A stretch of 64,000 bases of DNA from Nemertoderma westbladi (Eukaryota; Animalia; Xenacoelomorpha). The notes below the pieces were generated by a model. It made no database searches and was not told the origin of the DNA. It was given only the letters and a program-made list of their open reading frames with translations. This document shows positions 11,601 to 24,200 of the stretch, piece by piece; the first letter of the stretch is position 1; the number at the start of each line of letters is the position of its first letter. The DNA is taken from NCBI GenBank assembly GCA_032718475.1, contig JAUCBJ010007452.1, positions 1-64,000 of the forward strand, given 5' to 3'. The position numbers and the translations under genes are program-made.

Positions 11601-14600
11601 GTTACAGAAGGAATACATAAAGTACATGGTGGCCTCTTCTTCACAATAACCTAAAAGTAATAGTTACAGAAGGAATACATAAAGTACATGGTGGCCTCTT
11701 CTTCACAATAACTCATAAAGGTAATAGTTACAAAAGGAATACATAAAGTACATGGTGGCCTCTTCTTCACAATAACATAAAAGTAATAGTTACAAAAGGA
11801 ATACATAAAGTACATGGTGGCCTCTTCTTCGCAATAACATAAAGGTAATAGTTACAGAAGGAATACATAAAGTACATGGTGGACTCTTCTTCACAATAAC
11901 TCATAAAGGTAATAGTTACAAAAGGAATACATAAAGTACATGGTGGCCTCTTCTTCACAATAACCTAAAAGTAATAGTTTACAGAAGGAATACATAAAGT
12001 ACATGGTGGCCTCTTCTTCACAATAACCTAAAAGTAATAGTTACAGAAGGAATACATAAAGTACATGGTGGCCTCTTCTTCACAATAACTCATAAAGGTA
12101 ATAGTTACAGAAGGAATACATAAAGTACATGGTGGCCTCTTCTTCACAATAACCTAAAGGTAATAGTTACAAAAGGAATACATAAAGTACATGGTGGCCT
12201 CTTCTTCACAATAACATAAAGGTAATATGTACTGAAGGAATACATAAAGTACATGGTGGCCTCTTCTTCACAATAACATAAAGGTAATAGTTACAGAAGG
12301 AATACATACAGTACATGGTGGCCTCTTCTTCACAATAACCTAAAGGTAATAGTTACAGAAGGAATACATAAAGTACATGGTGGCCTCTTCTTCACAATAA
12401 CATAAAGGTAATATTTACTGAAGGAATACATAAAGTACATGGTGGCCTCTTCTTCACAATAACCTAAAGGTAATATTTACTGAAGGAATACATAAAGTAC
12501 ATGGTGGCCTCTTCTTCACAATAACATAAAGGTAATAGTTACAGAAGGAATACATACAGTACATGGTGGCCTCTTCTTCACAATAACCTAAAGGTAATAG
12601 TTACAGAAGGAATACATAAAGTACATGGTGGCCTCTTCTTCACAATAACCTAAAGGTAATAGTTACAGAAGGAATACATAAAGTACATGGTGGCCTCTTC
12701 TTCACAATAACCTAAAAGTAATAGTTGCAGAAGGAATACATAAAGTACATGGTGGCCTCTTCTTCACAATAACCTAAAAGTAATAGTTGCAGAAGGAATA
12801 CATAAAGTACATGGTGGCCTCTTCTTCACAATAACCTAAAAGTAATAGTTACAGAAGGAATACATAAAGTACATGGTGGCCTCTTCTTCACAATAACCTA
12901 AAGGTAATAGTTACAAAAGGAATACATAAAGTACATGGTGGCCTCTTCTTCACAATAACCTAAAAGTAATAGTTACAGAAGGAATAAATAAAGTACATGG
13001 TGGCCTCTTTTTCACAATAACCTAAAGGTAATAGTTACAGAAGGAATACATAAAGTACATGGTGGCCTCTTCTCCACAATAACCTAAAAGTAATAGTTAC
13101 AGAAGGAATAAATAAAGTACATGGTGGCCTCTTTTTCACAATAACCTAAATGTAATAGTTACAGAAGGAATACATAAAGTACATGGTGGCCTCTTCTTCA
13201 CAATAACTCATAAAGGTAATAGTTACAGAAGGAATACATAAAGTACATGGTGGCCTCTTCTTCACAATAACCTAAAGGTAATAGTTACAGAAGGAATACA
13301 TAAAGTACATGGTGGCCTCTTCTTCACAATAACCTAAAGGTAATAGTTACAGAAGGAATACATAAAGTACATGGTGGCCTCTTCTTCACAATAACCTAAA
13401 GGTAATAGTTACAGAAGGAATAAATAAAGTACATGGTGGCCTCTTTTTCACAATAACCTAAAGGTAATAGTTACAGAAGGAATACATAAAGTACATGGTG
13501 GCCTCTTCTTCACAATAACCTAAAGGTAATAGTTACAAAAGGAATAAATAAAGTACATTGTGGCCTCTTCTTCACAATAACCTAAAAGTAATAGTTACAG
13601 AAGGAATACATAAAGTACATGGTGGCCTCTTCTTCACAATAACCTAAAGGTAATAGTTACAGAAGGAATACATAAAGTACATGGTGGCCTCTTTTTCACA
13701 ATAACCTAAAGGTAATAGTTACAGAAGGAATACATAAAGTACATGGTGGCCTCTTCTTCACAATAACCTAAAGGTAATAGTTACAGAAGGAATACATAAA
13801 GTACATGGTGGCCTCTTCTTCACAATAACCTAAAGGTAATAGTTACAGAAGGAATACATAAAGTACATGGTGGCCTCTTCTTCACAATAACCTAAAGGTA
13901 ATAGTTACAAAAGGAATAAATAAAGTACATTGTGGCCTCTTCTTCACAATAACCTAAAAGTAATAGTTACAGAAGGAATACATAAAGTACATGGTGGCCT
14001 CTTCTTCACAATAACATAAAGGTAATAGTTACAGAAGGAATACATAAAGTACATGGTGGCCTCTTCTTTACAATAACCTAAAGGTAATAGTTACAGAAGG
14101 AATACATAAAGTACATTGTGGCCTCTTCTTCACAATAACCTAAAGGTAATAGTTACAGAAGGAATACATAAAGTAAATGGTGGCCTCTTCTTCACAATAA
14201 CCTAAAGGTAATATTTACTGAAGGAATACATAAAGTAAATGGTGGCCTCTTCTTCACAATAACCTAAAGGTAATAGTTACAGAAGGAATACATAAAGTAC
14301 ATTGTGGCCTCTTCTTTACAATAACCTAAAGGTAATAGTTACAGAAGGAATACATAAAGTACATTGTGGCCTCTTCTTCACAATAACCTAAAGGTAATAG
14401 TTACAGAAGGAATACATAAAGTAAATGGTGGCCTCTTCTTCACAATAACCTAAAGGTAATATTTACTGAAGGAATACATAAAGTAAATGGTGGCCTCTTC
14501 TTCACAATAACCTAAAGGTAATAGTTACAGAAGGAATACATAAAGTAAATGGTGGCCTCTTCTTCACAATAACCTAAAAGTAATAATTACAGAAGGAATA

Positions 14601-15765
14601 CATAAAGTACATGGTGGCCTCTTCTTCACAATAACCTAAAGGTAATAGTTACAGAAGGAATACATAAAGTACATGGTGGCCTCTTCTTCACAATAACCTA
14701 AAGGTAATAGTTACAGAAGGAATACATAAAGTACATGGTGGCCTCTTCTTCACAATAACCTAAAGGTAATAGTTACAGAAGGAATACATAAAGTACATGG
14801 TGGCCTCTTCTTCACAATAACCTAAAGGTAATAGTTACAGAAGGAATACATAAAGTACATGGTGGCCTCTTCTTCACAATAACCTAAAGGTAATAGTTAC
14901 AGAAGGAATACATAAAGTACATGGTGGCCTCTTCTTCACAATAACCTAAAGGTAATAGTTACAGAAGGAATACATAAAGTACATGGTGGCCTCTTCTTCA
15001 CAATAACCTAAAGGTAATAGTTACAGAAGGAATACATAAAGTACATGGTGGCCTCTTCTTCACAATAACCTAAAGGTAATAGTTACAGAAGGAATACATA
15101 AAGTACATGGTGGCCTCTTCTTCACAATAACCTAAAGGTAATAGTTACAGAAGGAATACATAAAGTACATGGTGGCCTCTTCTTCACAATAACCTAAAGG
15201 TAATAGTTACAGAAGGAATACATAAAGTACATGGTGGCCTCTTCTTCACAATAACCTAAAGGTAATAGTTACAGAAGGAATACATAAAGTACATGGTGGC
15301 CTCTTCTTCACAATAACCTAAAGGTAATAGTTACAGAAGGAATACATAAAGTACATGGTGGCCTCTTCTTCACAATAACCTAAAGGTAATAGTTACAGAA
15401 GGAATACATAAAGTACATGGTGGCCTCTTCTTCACAATAACCTAAAGGTAATAGTTACTGAAGGAATACATAAAGTACATTGTGGCCTCTTCTTCACAAT
15501 AACATAAAAGTAATAGTTACAGAAGGAATACATAAAGTACATGGTGGCCTCTTCTTCACAATAACCTAAAGGTAATAGTTACAGAAGGAATACATAAAGT
15601 ACATGGTGGCCTCTTCTTCACAATAACCTAAAGGTAATAGTTACAGAAGGAATACATAAAGTACATGGTGGCCTCTTCTTCACAATAACCTAAAGGTAAT
15701 AGTTACTGAAGGAATACATAAAGTACATGGTGGCCTCTTCTTCACAATAATATAAAGGTGATAGT
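8572..15765. repeat. 62-bp satellite array A (~115 units, from length/62), forming the intron between exons 5' and 6'
   Basis: Unit cagaaggaatacataaagtacatggtggcctcttcttcacaataacctaaaggtaatagtta; 2-nt shift per 60-nt line gives period 62. Confidence 0.97.
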
Positions 15766-15774
15766 TTTTCGAAC

Positions 15775-15990
15775 CTTCGTTCTTCCAAGCTTTACAAGTC
15801 TCCACTTGATCTCTACATTCTCCTTTTATCAACGGGGCATTACTTCCCTCACAAGTTCTGCAAGTTACTGGACACTTCTTCCGAGCTTGCATCCTCCGTA
15901 CTAGACAGGCACCAGCAGCCGACCATGTAGGGCAGTAGGGACTTTTATCAACACAGCCTTGCGGCACTATATACTTGGTGGTAGTTGGCC
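15775..15990 (-). CDS. Duplicated exon 5' (ShK1 + start of ShK2)
   Basis: AG/GT-bounded, 216 nt; CVDKSPYCPTWSAAGACLVRRMQARKKCPVTCRTC. Confidence 0.75.
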
Positions 15991-16240
15991 CTTAAAATAC
16001 AAATACTTTATTTAATTACATCATTGAATAAGATATTTGTTCAGTTTTTAGATGTTATATTGCGTCATTAGTCGCGTATAGCTGTTATATCTTATTTGTC
16101 GCACATCATGCCATATTCGGCATGATGAAACATACACTGCCCACTGTCCAGGTTCGGCGGCCATGTTATCCAGTCCATAGAATAAAACTAACCTAAACCA
16201 TAAAAACTAAATAAAGTGCGATGATAAAAACTAACATTAC

Positions 16241-16701
16241 CTTGGGTGGTTGTAGTGGGCACTGGGGTGGTTGTAGTGGGCACTGAGGTGGTTGTTGTGG
16301 GCACTGGGATGGTTGTAGTGGGCACTGAGGTGGTTGTTGTAGTTGGCACTGGGGTTGTTGTAGTTGGCACTGGGGTTGTTGTAGTTGGCACTGGGGTTGT
16401 TGTAGTTGGCACTGGGGTTGTTGTAGTGGGCACTGGGGTGGTTGTAGTTGGCACTGGGGTGGTTGTAGTGGGCACTGGGGTGGTTGTTTTTGGTTGTGGA
16501 GGACACACTCCCCATCTGGAATCAGCTTTCCGATTTTCGAACGTGTTTCCCATTCCATCGAACTTAAGAAACTTGTTACCATAGAATATGACGTAGCGAT
16601 AGACATTGGGTTTAACCTTTTCCGCCGTAACTGCACTAATGACTCCGACATCAGCAGGGAGAAATCCAAACACGCTTCTGATTCGTCGGCTTGACAGCAA
16701 T
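16241..16701 (-). CDS. Duplicated exon 4' (last hemopexin blade + Pro/Thr linker)
   Basis: AG/GT-bounded, 461 nt (exon 4 plus one extra 21-nt PVPTTTT unit); frame intact. Confidence 0.7.
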
Positions 16702-17049
16702 CTGGGAGTGAGAAACAAACATTTTCATTTACACAATATAACAGGCCTTCTAACAGTAAGCCACCAGAGAACGGCTACAATAATATCAGGGCCGAAGAGT
16801 CAGAAGGAAACGACAAGTATAATTTCATCCGTTCGCTGATAGTTCACACTTCTGACTCGCCCACAATTAATCAAGCATATGTTTGTTAATTGAACATTAC
16901 CACTCACTAATATGACGCTCACTTGGTAACTCTGGGAGCTGTGTGCTGCATCGCTTGTGTCAACACAATAACTGAGGAATGCCGTGTATCCTACTTGTAA
17001 CAATAAAAAAAAAAAAAAAAAAATAAAATAAAATAAAATATTGGACACT

Positions 17050-18125
17050 CCACTAACCTGGTTTCTTGAATAGCGTAGCTGAACCCCACTAACCCCACCT
17101 TTGCACCCACCAGTCCCCCGTGTAGCTGTACCCCACTAATCTGGCCTTTCCACCCACCAGTCCCCCGTGTAGCTGTACCCCACTAATCTGGCCTTTCCAC
17201 CCACCAGTCCCCCGTGTAGCTGTACACCACTAACCTTGCCTTTCCACCCACCAGTTCCAGGTGTAGCTGTACCCCACTAATCTGGCCTTTCCACCCACCA
17301 GTCCCCCGTGTAGCTGTACCCCACTAACCTGGCCTTTCCACCCACCAGTTCCAGGTGTAGCTGTAGCTGTACCCCACTAATCTGGCCTTTCCACCCACCA
17401 GTCCCCCGTGTAGCTGTACCCCACTAACCTGGCCTTTCCACCCACCAGTCCCCCGTCGTGTAGCTGTACCCCACTAACATGGCCTTTCCACCAACCAGTC
17501 CCCCGTCGTGTAGCTGCACACCACTAACCTAGCCTTTCCACCCACCAGTCCCCCGTGTAGCTGTACCCCACTAACCTGGCCTTTCTACCCACCAGTCCCC
17601 CGTGTAGCTGTACCCCACTAACCCGGCCTTTCCACCCACCAGTCCCCCGTGTAGCTGTAACCCTCTAACCTGGCCTTTCCTCCCAACAGTCCCCCGAGTA
17701 GCTGTACACCACTAACCTGGCCTTTCTACCCACCAGCCCCCCGTGTAGCTGTACCCCACTAACCTGGCCTTTCTACCCACCAGTCCCCCGTCGTGTAGCT
17801 GTACCCCACTAACCTGGCCTTTCTACCCACCAGCCCCCCGTGTAGCTGTACCCCACTAACCTGGCCTTTCTACCCACCAGTCCCCCGTCGTGTAGCTGTA
17901 CCCCACTAACCTGGCCTTTCTACCCACCAGTCCCCCGTCGTGTAGCTGCACCCCACTAACCTGGCCTTTCCACCCACCAGTCCCCCGTGTAGCTGTACCC
18001 CACTAACCTGGCATTTCCTCCCACCAGTCCCCCGTGTAGCTGTACCCCACTAACCTGGCCTTTCCTCCCACCAGTCCCCCGTCGTGTAGCTGTACCCCAC
18101 TAACCTGGCCTTTCCACCCACCAGT
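17050..18125. repeat. 47/50-bp C-rich minisatellite, copy A (~22 units)
   Basis: Unit tgtagctgtaccccactaacctggcctttccacccaccagtcccccg, with a +tcg variant. Confidence 0.95.
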
Positions 18126-18149
18126 TATACTATACTATACACCAGCTAT

Positions 18150-19200
18150 GCTATACTTTATTATTGTTCGCGTTGTTGCTCATTGTTGTTCGTTGTTGCT
18201 CATTGTTGCTCATTGTTGCTCATTGTTGCTCGTTGGTGCTCATTATTGCTCGTTGTTGCTCGTTGTTGCTCATTGTTGCTCGTTGTTGTTCTTTATGATT
18301 GCTCGTTGTTGCTCATTGTTGCTCGTTGTTGTTCGTTGTTGCTCATTGTTGCTCGTTGTTGCTCGTTGGTGCTCATTGTTGCTCGTTGTTGCACATTGTT
18401 GTTCGTTGTTGCTCGTTGTTGTACTTTATTATTGCTCGCGTTGTTGCTCATTGTTTCTCGTTGTTGTACTTTATTATTGCTCGCGTTGTTGCTCATTGTT
18501 GTTCGTTGTTGCTCATTATTGCTCGTTGTTGCTCATTGTTGCTCATTGTTGCTCATTGTTGTTCGTTGTTGCTCATTGTTGCTCGTTGTTGCTCATTGTT
18601 GTTCGTTGTTGCTCATTGTTGCTCGTTGTTGTTCTTTATTATTGCTCGTTGGTGCTCATTGTTGCTCATTGTTGCTCGTTGTTGTTCGTTGTTGCTCATT
18701 GTTGTTCGTTGTTGCTCGTTGGTGCTCATTGTTGCTCGTTGTTGCACATTGTTGTTCGTTGTTGCTCGTCGTTGTTCTTTATTATTGCTCGCGTTGTTGC
18801 TCATTGTTGCTCGTTGTTGCTCATTGTTGCTCGTTGTTGCTCATTGTTGTTCGTTGTTGCTCATTGTTGCTCGTTGTTGTTCTTTATTATTGCTCGTTTT
18901 GCTCATTGTTGCTCGTTGTTGTACTTTATTACTGCTCGTTGTTGCTCATTGTTGCTCGTTATTGCTCATTGTTGCTCATTGGTGCTCGTTGTTGCTCATT
19001 GTTGTTTGTTGTTGCTCATTGTTGCTCGTTGTTGTACTTTATTATTGCTCGCGTTGTTGCTCATTGTTGTTCGTTGTTGCTCATTGTTGCTCCTTGTTGC
19101 TCATTATTGCTCGTTGTTGCTCATTTTTGATCGTTGTTGCTCGTTGTTGCTCGTTGTTGCTCATTGTTGCTCATTGTTGCTCGTTATTTCTCATTGTCTG
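18150..19200. repeat. Decamer simple repeat (TTGTTGCTCR)n with periodic 'tactttattattgctcgcg' interruptions, at the duplication junction
   Basis: Seen directly; not present at the left end of copy A. Confidence 0.95.
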
Positions 19201-19204
19201 TATT

Positions 19205-20420
19205 TCTCATGCTTTAGTTAAATCACAACGTGATCTAGCCGATTATTTGGCACAATCCCAGGCCCAGAATGCCCAGAAATTTCAGCAGTTACTTGGTCAA
19301 CCAAATCAACCTGCAGTTCCACAGGTTGAATCCACTCCTCGTAACCTTCAAATTAAAAGAACCGGATTTTAGTTTAGCAAAATTTGAAACCTGGAAATCG
19401 GTTTGGGCGGATTATTATACCGCATTTCAGATGGACAGAATGGCTAGGGATAGGAAAATCAGTATTTTCAGGAGGGCATACCTTTCTATAGGTATGCACT
19501 CAACATTGAAAACAAGTTATTGATGTTCCCCACGACACACAGGATAATCCTTTAACAGTTCAGGTGTTAATTGATTGTATTCAATGTTATTTTCGTGGTA
19601 AACGAAATATTGTAGCTATCCGGTTGTTATAAAGGATCTTGCTCGAGATGCGGATCTATGTCGACATTGTTTCGATCAACGATTGACCACTCGTAGTACG
19701 TCTGGTATTTCTTGCGAAGACAATAGATCTAAACATCTTGCATTAACTCCATTTACCTTATCCAAATCCTTGTAGGTCTGAGGAATAGGCCCAAGCTGGA
19801 GTTCAGGATTTAAAACAGCCTTCAGTAGTCAAGCAAACTTCTCACCAATCTCGTATTCACAGGAAGAGTAAATCCAATAATTTTAGACGCAACAATCATT
19901 ATAAATCAAATTCCAGAAAGAATCATTTATCTGCTATGGTTTGTTATGGCTGTGGTAAAACAGACCATAATCGTTCTGATTGTCCAGCTAGGAACAAAGA
20001 TTGTTCTTATTGTGCTGGCAAGGAAGGCCATTTCGCCAGTTGTTGCCAGTCTAAACAAAAGGATTCAAATTCACTTCCTAAATCAAAATCAAAACAACCC
20101 ATTGGCCGCATTACTCTCAACATGGTTGGTAACCACAATAGACAGGCACCTAAGGTAGACTTCTGTAATATTGCAACAGGGAATTACTGGTGCTGAGGCC
20201 ACTGCTGCTAGCTTAGATTTTCTTCGGCCCTCTCCAATTACAGGGAAAATTTACTCGTACCAGACCATGTTGATCTTTCTGCTGCTAATGGTAGTCCTAT
20301 TTCATGCATTGGTCTCCTTTATACTACAATTTCGTATGGTGGTTATTTGGCTGCATCATTTTGACAAACATTCCGAATATAACCAGTACCTATGTTATTT
20401 GTGTTACACTTCCAAAAAAA
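19205..20420 (+). pseudogene. Degraded Ty3/Gypsy (Mag-like) gag-protease remnant, copy B
   Basis: Near-identical to 6614-7800 with a few SNPs and indels. Confidence 0.75.
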
Positions 20421-21029
20421 AACATTCTGTGCAAAATTTTAGCAAGTTTGGGTGATATCTAGAGGGGCAACAAGGACCATGAAGTTGACATATATTAGCC
20501 GCTATTGATCATGGTTATCGTAAACACCGGAATAGTTGTTATCACGCTGCCAGTAAGAATTTTACAAAATAATAATGAAATTAAGTTATTTTAAACAAAT
20601 GATATTAATCACAACACGTCAAAACACTATATTTGCAAAGAAAGCATCAAATTACTGACATCATACCGTTTTCTGGGCTTTCTAGTAATAATAATAATAA
20701 TATAACGAGGAATGATTTAATAGAATCTATCAATAAAATTATATTTTATATACTTAAGTGTAATAATACAGAGATGAACTGTTCAAGAGTTAAAATTACA
20801 TGCCCATCAATATTTATACATATAATCATGAATGATAAATTGATTTGTTTCGAAATGTGATTTGCCTATATAACTATCACCAGATGAACCTAATTATCTC
20901 CCCCAAAGCTTAAAGAATCATCAATGCTACTACTGCCCAAAACACCAAAAAATAGAGGCATTGTTTGGTTAAACTAACTAGCTAATATTAACAGATAGTT
21001 TCACAGAATTTCCATGATATTATTGTGTT

Positions 21030-21238
21030 TTAGCAGCGTTGACATATTTGCTTGCAGATTGAATGATTTGCACGACATGTTCCTCGTGGTTTAATCTTGT
21101 ACCAAGACAGACACATTATGTGGTCGTTATGGCAACTCTCGTTGGCTTCTATATAGGCTTTGGCCGAGTCACAAACATTACAAGTCTCAGTGCAGAAGGA
21201 ATACATGAAGTACATTGTGGCCTCTTCTTCACAATAAC
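21030..21238 (-). CDS. Hemopexin-ShK gene exon 6 (terminal): GYCEEEATMYFMYSFCTETCNVC...CHNDHIMCLSWYKIKPRGTCRANHSICKQICQRC*
   Basis: Phase-1 acceptor TTTTAG|GT completes ShK2 begun in exon 5 (CRDQVETCKAWKNEG). A third six-Cys ShK-like domain follows. Confidence 0.88.
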
Positions 21239-24200
21239 CTAAAAGTAATAGTTTCAGAAGGAATACATAAAGTACATGGTGGCCTCTTCTTCACAATAAC
21301 CTAAAGGTAATATTTACAGAAGGAATACATAAAGTACATGGTGGCCTCTTCTTCACAATAACCTAAAGGTAATAGTTACAGAAGGAATACATAAAGTACA
21401 TGGTGGCCTCTTCTTCACAATAACCTAAAGGTAATAGTTACAGAAGGAATAAATAAAGTACATGGTGGCCTCTTCTTCACAATAACCTAAAGGTAATAGT
21501 TACAGAAGGAATACATAAAGTACACGAAGTGGGGACTTCGCGCAGCACGAAGTTGGCAGAGCCTTAGCGAATTGACACTGTTAGGGGGTAGGTCAATTTA
21601 TGCAAATAGTCACGTTGGCCCTCTAGCGGCAGACTGGCGAACTGCAGATGGATTCGCCTCCTTTGAAAGTCACAGCTAATGGTCTAATACATATCTGCCA
21701 AGTTTCAGCTTAAACGGATTAAAAGCAAAGAAATGGGAGGGCATTTAATGTTTAGACATGTGGCCCTCTAGCGGGAGACCATTGCACTGATGGTGTCTGA
21801 AAGTCTCTCAAAAATCTCAACTTTTGCTCATATTGATACCTACAAATTTTCAACTTGGCAGCTTTAAATCCGACAAAGTTATTAGCATGTCAAAATCGTA
21901 ACGACGACGACAACGACGACGACGACAACGACGACGACGACGACGACGACAACTATTTGCATAAATTGACCCACCCCCTAACAGTGTCAATTCGCTAAGG
22001 CTCCGCCAACTTCGTGGCTCGCCCCAAATGGTGGCCTCTTCTTCACAATAACATAAAGGTGATAGTTACAGAAGGAATACATAAAGTACATGGTGGCCTC
22101 TTCTTCACAATAACCTAAAGGTAATAGTTACAGAAGGAATACATAAAGTACATGGTGGCCTCTTCTTCACAATAACCTAAAGGTAATAGTTACAGAAGGA
22201 ATACATAAAGTACATGGTGGCCTCTTCTTCACAATAACCTAAAGGTAATAGTTACAGAAGGAATACATAAAGTACATGGTGGCCTCTTCTTCACAATAAC
22301 ATAAAGGTGATAGTTACAGAAGGAATACATAAAGTACATGGTGGCCTCTTCTTCACAATAACCTAAAGGTAATAGTTACAGAAGGAATACATAAAGTACA
22401 TGGTGGCCTCTTCTTCACAATAACCTAAAAGTAATAGTTACAGAAGGAATACATAAAGTACATGGTGGCCTCTTCTTCACAATAACATAAAAGTAATAGT
22501 TACAGAAGGAATACATAAAGTACATGGTGGCCTCTTCTTCACAATAATCTAAAAGTAATAGTTACTGAAGGAGTACATAAAGTACATGGTGGCCTCTTCT
22601 TCACAATAACATAAAGGTAATAGTTACAGAAGGAATACATAAAGTACATGGTGGCCTCTTCTTCACAATAACATAAAAGTAATAGTTACAGAAGGAATAC
22701 ATAAAGTACATGGTGGCCTCTTCTTCACAATAACCTAAAGGTAATAGTTACTGAAGGAATACATAAAGTACATGGTGGCCGCTTCTTCACAATAATCTAA
22801 AAGTAATAGTTACTGAAGGAGTACATAAAGTACATGGTGGCCTCTTCTTCACAATAACATAAAGGTAATAGTTACAGAAGGAATACATAAAGTACATGGT
22901 GGCCTCTTCTTCACAATAACATAAAGGTAATAGTTACAGAAGGAATACATAAAGTACATGGTGGCCTCTTCTTCACAATAATCTAAAAGTAATAGTTACT
23001 GAAGGAGTACATAAAGTACATGGTGGCCTCTTCTTCACAATAACATAAAGGTAATAGTTACAGAAGGAATACATAAAGTACATGGTGGCCTCTTCTTCAC
23101 AATAATCTAAAAGTAATAGTTACTGAAGGAGTACATAAAGTACATGGTGGCCTCTTCTTCACAATAACATAAAGGTAATAGTTACAGAAGGAATACATAA
23201 AGTACATGGTGGCCTCTTCTTCACAATAACATAAAGGTAATAGTTACAGAAGGAATACATAAAGTACATGGTGGCCTCTTCTTCACAATAATCTAAAAGT
23301 AATAGTTACTGAAGGAGTACATAAAGTACATGGTGGCCTCTTCTTCACAATAACATAAAGGTAATAGTTACAGAAGGAATACATAAAGTACATGGTGGCC
23401 TCTTCTTCACAATAACATAAAGGTAATAGTTACAGAAGGAATACATAAAGTACATGGTGGCCTCTTCTTCACAATAACATAAAAGTAATAGTTACAGAAG
23501 GAATACATAAAGTACATGGTGGCCTCTTCTTCACAATAATCTAAAAGTAATAGTTACTGAAGGAGTACATAAAGTACATGGTGGCCTCTTCTTCACAATA
23601 ACATAAAGGTAATAGTTACTGAAGGAGTACATAAAGTACATGGTGGCCTCTTCTTCACAATAACATAAAGGTGATAGTTACAGAAGGAATACATAAAGTA
23701 CATGGTGGCCTCTTCTTCACAATAACATAAAAGTAATAGTTACAGAAGGAATACATAAAGTACATGGTGGCCTCTTCTTCACAATAATCTAAAAGTAATA
23801 GTTACTGAAGGAGTACATAAAGTACATGGTGGCCTCTTCTTCACAATAACATAAAGGTAATAGTTACAGAAGGAATACATAAAGTACATGGTGGCCTCTT
23901 CTTCACAATAACATAAAAGTAATAGTTACAGAAGGAATACATAAAGTACATGGTGGCCTCTTCTTCACAATAACCTAAAGGTAATAGTTACTGAAGGAAT
24001 ACATAAAGTACATGGTGGCCTCTTCTTCACAATAACATAAAGGTAATAGTTACAGAAGGAATACATAAAGTACATGGTGGCCTCTTCTTCACAATAATCT
24101 AAAAGTAATAGTTACTGAAGGAGTACATAAAGTACATGGTGGCCTCTTCTTCACAATAACATAAAGGTAATAGTTACAGAAGGAATACATAAAGTACATG

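Larger units (their letters stand above)
6614..18125. repeat. Tandem segmental duplication, copy A (partner ~19233-36500)
   Basis: tctagccgattatttggcacaatcc begins both copies. Unique parts are near-identical: Gypsy remnant, exons 6/5/4 and introns. Copy A ends inside the 47-bp minisatellite. Confidence 0.92.

Noticed and set aside
16193-16669. Gln/Pro-rich, His/Asn-rich and antisense Val/Gly ORFs (also 34638-35093)
   Set aside because: Alternative frames of the 21-nt Pro/Thr linker repeat; only the PVPTTTT frame fits the splice phases.
18148-19372. 315-357-aa Cys/Leu/Val-rich ORFs
   Set aside because: Stop-free translations of a (TTGTTGCTCR)n repeat, open in all three frames.
21900-21950. 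(GAC)n as a poly-Asp coding tract
   Set aside because: Lies inside a non-coding inverted-repeat element with no surrounding ORF.
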